This document shows, in pieces, positions 58,722 to 64,000 of a DNA stretch of 64,000 bases (position 1 is its first letter; each line of letters opens with the position of its first letter). Made by a program: the position numbers and the translations under genes. The stretch is from Oscillospiraceae bacterium (GTDB lineage Bacteria; Bacillota; Clostridia; Oscillospirales; UBA929), in NCBI GenBank assembly GCA_009782475.1, contig WRIZ01000002.1, forward strand, positions 1 through 64,000, in the 5' to 3' direction. The notes below the pieces were generated by a model. The model was given only the letters and a program-made list of their open reading frames with translations, had not been told where the DNA came from and searched no databases.

Positions 58722-59888
58722 ATGGCCTTTGAACTGGACAGTGGAAACGAAAGCGTTGTATCCATAAAGGTTATCGGCATCGGCGGCGGCGGGAACAACG
58801 TCGTCAACCGCATGATGGAAGGCGGCGTTACCAGTGCCGATATGGTCGCTGTGAACACAGACCGCCAAGCCCTGATCAAAACAAGGGCGACACATAAGCT
58901 CCAAATCGGCGAGAAGCAGACGGGCGGCAAAGGCGCGGGTTCCAATCCCGAAATCGGCCGCAAGTCGATGGAAGAGAGCCGTCAGGAGATGGCCAAACTC
59001 CTTACCGGAACCGATATGGTGTTCATATCCGCCGGCATGGGCGGCGGCACCGGCACGGGTGCTGCGCCTATCGTGGCCGACATTGCCCGCGAGCAGCAGA
59101 TCCTCACCATCGGCATCGTCACCAAGCCTTTCCATTTTGAAGGGCCTCACCGCATGAAACAGGCGGAAGCGGGGATCGAAGAGCTGCGCAGCCGGGTCGA
59201 TTCATTGATCGTTATACCCAATGAACGGCTAAAGCTGGTTTCAACCGAGAAAATATCCTTTGCCACAGGATTTAGAATTGCCGACGATGTGCTCAAACAA
59301 GCCGTGCAGTCTATATCAGACCTGATCAACACCACCCAGCTGATCAACCTTGACTTTGCCGACGTCAGTGCCATCATGCGCGACGCGGGTTATGCCCATA
59401 TCGGCGTGGGGCACGCCTCGGGCAAAGCCAAAGCCGAGGAAGCCAGCCGTCAGGCCATACAAAGCCCGCTGCTGGAGACAACCATCAACGGAGCCAAAGG
59501 CGTCATCATCAACATCACCGGAGACGCCGACCTTGCGCTGGAAGATGTTGAAATGGCGGCCAACATGGTCAAAGGTGCCGTACACCACGACGCCAACATC
59601 ATCTTCGGAGCGGCCATAGACGAAAATATGGATGATGAGATTCGTGTCATCGTCATCGCCACCGGTTTTGATGAAAGTGCCATGATCATCGACGACAGCC
59701 TGTTCACAGGGTCGGCGGCCAAACCGCCCGCGCCCAAACCCACGCCGTCTGCGGCCGAACCCGCGGCAGCGGCGGCCATCGATTCACCGGAACAAACCCC
59801 CTTCCCGACAGTGGCACCGGCCGCCAAAGAAGAACCGGCCGAGGAAGACCCGTTTGAATCGATTTTCAGAATCTTCAATAAAAAATAA
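58722..59888 (+). CDS. ftsZ: cell division GTPase FtsZ
   Basis: GIGGGGNN and tubulin signature GGGTGTG. A Pro/Ala-rich C-terminal linker ends in the conserved C-terminal peptide DPFESIFRIFNKK. Confidence 0.95.
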   Translation: MAFELDSGNESVVSIKVIGIGGGGNNVVNRMMEGGVTSADMVAVNTDRQALIKTRATHKLQIGEKQTGGKGAGSNPEIGRKSMEESRQEMAKLLTGTDMVFISAGMGGGTGTGAAPIVADIAREQQILTIGIVTKPFHFEGPHRMKQAEAGIEELRSRVDSLIVIPNERLKLVSTEKISFATGFRIADDVLKQAVQSISDLINTTQLINLDFADVSAIMRDAGYAHIGVGHASGKAKAEEASRQAIQSPLLETTINGAKGVIINITGDADLALEDVEMAANMVKGAVHHDANIIFGAAIDENMDDEIRVIVIATGFDESAMIIDDSLFTGSAAKPPAPKPTPSAAEPAAAAAIDSPEQTPFPTVAPAAKEEPAEEDPFESIFRIFNKK

Positions 59889-59890
59889 CG

Positions 59891-59921
59891 ACGTTTCCCC
59901 CGGCAAAGCCGGGGGAAACGT
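59891..59921 (+). terminator. perfect 14-bp hairpin immediately after ftsZ
   Basis: acgtttcccccggc aaa gccgggggaaacgt. There is no U-tract on the + strand, and a U-run on the - strand. Confidence 0.4.
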
Positions 59922-59941
59922 ATGAGAGGACATTTGGTGTT

Positions 59942-61039
59942 ATGTCAATACGTTTGGGCGTCATCGGGGTTGGTAACATCGGGAAAACGCACATTGGGCA
60001 TAGTACAGAAGGGCGTACGCCGGACATCGAATTGACCGCCGCGGCCGACCGGCTGCCGGAAAACCGGGTGTGGGCAAAAGAACGTTGTCCGTCTGTTTTT
60101 GAAGAAGGAAGCGATCTGATCGCAAGCGGCTGCTGTGACGCCGTGCTGATTGCCGTGCCGCATATCCAGCACCCGGAATTGTCCATTGCCGCCTTCCGCG
60201 CGGGATTGCATGTCTTGTGTGAAAAACCGGCCGGGGTCTATGCCAAACAGGCTCGGGAGATGAATGAGGAAGCGGCCAAACACCCGCATCTTGCCTTTGG
60301 CATGATGTTCAACCAGCGCACCAACTGCCTTTACCGAAAAATGCGCGAACTAATACACAGCGGGGAACTGGGCGCGATCAAACGGGTCAACTGGATCATC
60401 ACCGACTGGTATCGCCCGCAACATTACTATGATTCAGGCGGCTGGCGCGCCACATGGGACGGCGAGGGCGGCGGCGTTTTGCTCAACCAATGCCCGCATA
60501 ATTTGGATTTACTGCAATGGATTTGCGGGATGCCGTCGAAAGTCCGTGCTTTCTGCCATGAAGGCAAATGGCACGACATCGAGGTGGAGGACGATGTAAC
60601 GGTTTACATGGAATGGCCGAACGGCGCGACCGGGGTTTTCGTTACATCGACCGCCGACGCGCCCGGAACCAACCGCTTAGAAATCACCCTAGAGGGCGGA
60701 AAACTGGTCTGTGAGGACGGAAACCTTACCCTTTGGCGGCTGCATGAAAACGAACGTGAGTATTGCAAAAAAGCCAAAGACTACTTTGCCCCGCCACCGC
60801 ACACCGTTGAGACCATTGAGACAGACGGCCAAAACATCCAGCATGTCGGCGTTCTGAACGCGTTTGCCGCACATATCCTCCGAGGTGAACCGCTGATCGC
60901 GCACGGCAGCGAAGGGCTCAACAGTTTGACCATATCCAACGGATGCCACCTCTCCCATTGGCTTGAGAAAACGGTGGAACTGCCGCCGGATGAAGATTTA
61001 TTTATCAAAATGCTGGATCAAAAGAGGGGTAAACGATGA
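59942..61039 (+). CDS. Gfo/Idh/MocA-family oxidoreductase
   Basis: Rossmann fold LGVIGVGNIGKTH and a C-terminal alpha/beta domain. Confidence 0.85.
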   Translation: MSIRLGVIGVGNIGKTHIGHSTEGRTPDIELTAAADRLPENRVWAKERCPSVFEEGSDLIASGCCDAVLIAVPHIQHPELSIAAFRAGLHVLCEKPAGVYAKQAREMNEEAAKHPHLAFGMMFNQRTNCLYRKMRELIHSGELGAIKRVNWIITDWYRPQHYYDSGGWRATWDGEGGGVLLNQCPHNLDLLQWICGMPSKVRAFCHEGKWHDIEVEDDVTVYMEWPNGATGVFVTSTADAPGTNRLEITLEGGKLVCEDGNLTLWRLHENEREYCKKAKDYFAPPPHTVETIETDGQNIQHVGVLNAFAAHILRGEPLIAHGSEGLNSLTISNGCHLSHWLEKTVELPPDEDLFIKMLDQKRGKR

Positions 61040-61941
61040 AACCGACATTGGTGGTCATGGCGGCCGGAATGGGGAGCCGTTTCGGCGGGCTGAAACAGAT
61101 GGAGGCCATCACCGGACAGGGCGAAGTCCTGCTTGATTTCTCGGTTTACGACGCTTTGGAAGCGGGTTTTGAAAAAATTGTGATCGTTTTGAAAAAAGCG
61201 ATTGAAAAAGAGTTTCACGAGGCTGTCGGTAAGAGGCTATGCAGGCAAGCCGACGTGCAATATGTCTTTCAAGAGATCGACGACCTTCCGGGCGGAAAAA
61301 GCCCCCCGGCGGGACGGGAAAAACCGTGGGGGACGGGGCAAGCCGTGCTGGCGGCGAAAAAGGCCGTATCCGTGCCGTTTGCCGTCATCAACGCCGACGA
61401 TTACTACGGAAAAAGCGCGTGGAGTGTGATCGGCTCATTTCTACAGCATGAAGCCGTTGCCGGGAATTACGCCATGGTGGGCTACCGTTTGGGCAATACG
61501 TTAACAGCCCACGGCAGCGTGGCGCGGGGCGTCTGCGAGATCGAAAACGGGTATCTGCGGGGGTTGACCGAACGGACGAAGATCATCCAGCGGATGGAAG
61601 ACGCGGCCTACACCGAAGACGGGGAGACTTGGCACTCGATCCCCCTGGACACACTGGTTTCGATGCAGCTATTCGGCTTTCATCCCGACTTTTTCGGGCA
61701 TTTGGAAGAAGGGTTCGCCTCATTCCTTGATTCGCCGTTTGACCCGCTCAAAGGGGAATACCTGCTGCCGGGGCGTGTCGGGGAACTGCTGAAAAGCAAA
61801 CAGGTATCCATGCGGGTGCTGTCCAGCCCCGACCGCTGGTTCGGCGTAACCTATAAAGAAGACAAACCAGCCGTTGTTTCGGCAATTGACGACTTGAAAC
61901 AAAAGGGAGTCTACCCTGAAACCTTATGGCAGAGGTGGTAA
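61036..61941 (+). CDS. sugar-phosphate nucleotidyltransferase (NTP_transferase family)
   Basis: LVVMAAGMGSRFGGLKQ, glycine-rich. ATGA-coupled to the upstream gene. Confidence 0.65.
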   Translation: MKPTLVVMAAGMGSRFGGLKQMEAITGQGEVLLDFSVYDALEAGFEKIVIVLKKAIEKEFHEAVGKRLCRQADVQYVFQEIDDLPGGKSPPAGREKPWGTGQAVLAAKKAVSVPFAVINADDYYGKSAWSVIGSFLQHEAVAGNYAMVGYRLGNTLTAHGSVARGVCEIENGYLRGLTERTKIIQRMEDAAYTEDGETWHSIPLDTLVSMQLFGFHPDFFGHLEEGFASFLDSPFDPLKGEYLLPGRVGELLKSKQVSMRVLSSPDRWFGVTYKEDKPAVVSAIDDLKQKGVYPETLWQRW

Positions 61942-61944
61942 CGT

Positions 61945-63204
61945 ATGCCAATCCTGATCACATTGCGCGACGGCTTAAAAGCGGGAAAATACGACGCCAA
62001 GCTGGCAAACCTCTACGGTGACCTCACGGCGGCCAAACGCCGGGTGCAGCGTTTGATCGAACTGTATGCCGACTATTTCAACGACGAAGGCACCGAAGTA
62101 TCGCTTTTCTCCGCTCCCGGGCGCACCGAAATCGGCGGGAACCACACCGACCATAACAACGGCCGGGTTCTTGCCGGAGCCATAGAGCTGGATACCCTCG
62201 GGCTGGCCGGTAAATGCGAAGGAGACATTATTAAGCTGCAATCGGTCGGGTTTGCCAAAAACACCGTCAATATTGAAACCCTCAGCCCCGATGAAGGCGG
62301 CTCGACTTCCGACCGTATCATCCGCGGGGTTTGCGCCGGATTTGCCAAAAATGGGCTGCCGTACGGCGGGTTTCATGCTGTAACCCATTCCGATGTGCCG
62401 CCCGGGTCAGGACTTTCCTCCTCGGCGGCGTTTGAAAACCTGATCGGCGTGATCATCGACCATCTGTACGGAGACGGAAGGATCAAACCGTCAACGCTTG
62501 CGAGGATCGGAAATTTTGCTGAAAACGTCTATATTCAAAAGCCCTCCGGTCTGATGGATCAAACGGCTTCGGCCGTCGGCGGGCTTTCCCTGATGGATTT
62601 CGCCGACCCTGAAAAGCCTCAGGTAGAGAGCATCCCGTTTGATTGCCCGGGGCATACCATGATCATCACAGGGCCGATCGGATGCCATGCCGATCTGACG
62701 CCGGAATATGCCGCCATCCCGCAGGAAATGCGCAAAGTGGCATGGACGCTGGGGCAGGACACCATGCGCGGTGTGACGAACGAACGGTTCATCGCCGCCT
62801 TGCCGTCGATGACAACAACCATATCCGGGCGCGCCTTGCTTCGAGCCTTTCATTTCCTCCGCGAAAACGAACGGGCGCACAAGCAGGCTAAGGCTTTGAA
62901 GAGCGGGGATTTTGAGCATTTTTTACAGCTGGTGAACGAATCGGGGCTTTCCTCGTTTATGTATCTGCAAAACGTCGTCTTGCAAGAGGAACAGGGGCTA
63001 GGCGTGGCATTGATGCTAAGCGAGATGCTGCTCAACGGGCGCGGCGCGCATCGCGTCCACGGCGGCGGCTTTGCCGGAACGATACAGGCTTTTGTGCCGG
63101 ATGACATTTTAGAGAGTTATAAAACCGGGATGGAAGCGGTCTTCGGCATCGGAAGCTGCCTAGCCGTCCGCATCCGCAAACAGGGCGTCGTCAAAGTGAT
63201 ATAG
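61945..63204 (+). CDS. GHMP kinase of the galactokinase / N-acetylhexosamine-1-kinase type
   Basis: Galactokinase signature SAPGRTEIGGNHTDHNNG and GHMP motif PPGSGLSSSAA. Confidence 0.7.
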   Translation: MPILITLRDGLKAGKYDAKLANLYGDLTAAKRRVQRLIELYADYFNDEGTEVSLFSAPGRTEIGGNHTDHNNGRVLAGAIELDTLGLAGKCEGDIIKLQSVGFAKNTVNIETLSPDEGGSTSDRIIRGVCAGFAKNGLPYGGFHAVTHSDVPPGSGLSSSAAFENLIGVIIDHLYGDGRIKPSTLARIGNFAENVYIQKPSGLMDQTASAVGGLSLMDFADPEKPQVESIPFDCPGHTMIITGPIGCHADLTPEYAAIPQEMRKVAWTLGQDTMRGVTNERFIAALPSMTTTISGRALLRAFHFLRENERAHKQAKALKSGDFEHFLQLVNESGLSSFMYLQNVVLQEEQGLGVALMLSEMLLNGRGAHRVHGGGFAGTIQAFVPDDILESYKTGMEAVFGIGSCLAVRIRKQGVVKVI

Positions 63205-63258
63205 ATTGTCCTTTTTCCCCTCTTGTCCGCATATAGTGTGGGACAAGGGGGTTGTCTC

Positions 63259-64000
63259 TTGGAACTGAAAGGCCTGACCGAAGCCGAAGCCATTGCTTCG
63301 CGGAAACAACACGGGGTAAACCGCGTCACTGAAAAAAAGAGACGGGGTTTCTTTTCGCGCCTCCTTGAGAATTTCGGCGACCCGATGATTAAGATTTTGC
63401 TTGTCGCGCTTGCCATCAATCTGCTCTTTTTGTTCAATACCGCCGAATGGATCGAAACGGCCGGGATCGCCGCCGCCGTCCTGTTGGCTGTGATGATCTC
63501 AACACTGAGCGAGCAGGGGAGCGAGTCGGCCTTCCGCAAATTGCAAGAGGAATCGATGCGTGTAAAGTGCCGGGCTTTACGGAATGGTTTGATCGTTGAA
63601 ATCCCTTTTGAAGATGTTGCCGTCGGCGACATCATCCGTTTGCAGGCGGGAGACCGCGTCCCCGCCGACGGTGTGATGGAGCAGGGGGTTGTGGAACTGG
63701 ATCAGTCGGCCATCAACGGGGAGACAAAGGAAGCGCGCAAAACGGCCGGTGAGACATGCTTGTCCGGCACGGTGGTGGTTTCGGGGGAAGGGTTCATCCG
63801 TGTGGTCGCGGTGGGGGATCATACCATTTACGGGCAGATTGCCGGTGAAGTGCAGGAAGAGAAAGCCGCAAGCCCCCTTAAAGCGCGTTTGAGCCAGCTT
63901 GCGAAAACGGTCAGCAAGTTCGGTTACATAGGCGCGTCACTGGCCGCGCTGACCTACTTATTCAATGTGCTGATCATGGATAACGGTTTTGATCCCGTTT
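63259..64000 (+). CDS. P-type (Ca2+-type) cation-transporting ATPase, N-terminal part continuing past the window
   Basis: Cation_ATPase_N-like region GLTEAEAIASRKQHGVNRV, TM1/TM2, and actuator-domain start (IRLQAGDRVPADG). TTG start with a GGGGG RBS. Truncated at the window end. Confidence 0.65.
   Translation, partial: MELKGLTEAEAIASRKQHGVNRVTEKKRRGFFSRLLENFGDPMIKILLVALAINLLFLFNTAEWIETAGIAAAVLLAVMISTLSEQGSESAFRKLQEESMRVKCRALRNGLIVEIPFEDVAVGDIIRLQAGDRVPADGVMEQGVVELDQSAINGETKEARKTAGETCLSGTVVVSGEGFIRVVAVGDHTIYGQIAGEVQEEKAASPLKARLSQLAKTVSKFGYIGASLAALTYLFNVLIMDNGFDPV

Noticed and set aside
1-64000. Alternative genetic code with TGA as a sense codon
   Set aside because: Many well-supported genes here (QueG-like, rex, coaD, murA and others) terminate cleanly at TGA, with the next gene starting at the expected spacing.

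Overview
This window reads as a Gram-positive, Clostridia-like chromosome segment of roughly 57-60% GC. TGA acts as an ordinary stop codon throughout. It falls into three parts.

(1) About 1-10.3 kb is an accessory or mobile-looking block. It holds hypothetical genes, a coiled-coil membrane protein coupled to a QueG-like Fe-S protein, an MBL hydrolase, a MerR-HTH::VIT::vWA fusion protein and a convergent ParB/ParA pair.

(2) About 10.5-41.7 kb is housekeeping and metabolic. It contains adhE with a co-transcribed APH-like kinase and rex, a LysR regulator, pyrBI, an orphan cheV, an amino-acid ABC transporter, an SPFH/zinc-ribbon membrane cluster (YdjG/H/I-like), an AT-rich three-gene island, a GH26 lipoprotein, a two-component system, acpP, thiI, cinA, ptsH, uvrC, rsmD and coaD.

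(3) About 42-64 kb is the dcw cell-division/cell-wall cluster (mraZ to ftsQ). An inserted block of one WG-repeat protein and two secreted proteins sits between ftsQ and ftsZ. After ftsZ come a sugar-1-phosphate/NDP-sugar salvage operon and the start of a P-type ATPase.

The most notable observation is an 11-residue peptide, DPFESIFRIFN, at the tail of FtsZ. The same 11 residues appear at the end of a Pro/Ala-rich linker inside the MerR-VIT-vWA protein, encoded with different codons. This looks like a mimic of the FtsZ C-terminal peptide. The vWA gene is also interrupted by a single in-frame TGA. No rRNA, tRNA or CRISPR array was seen.
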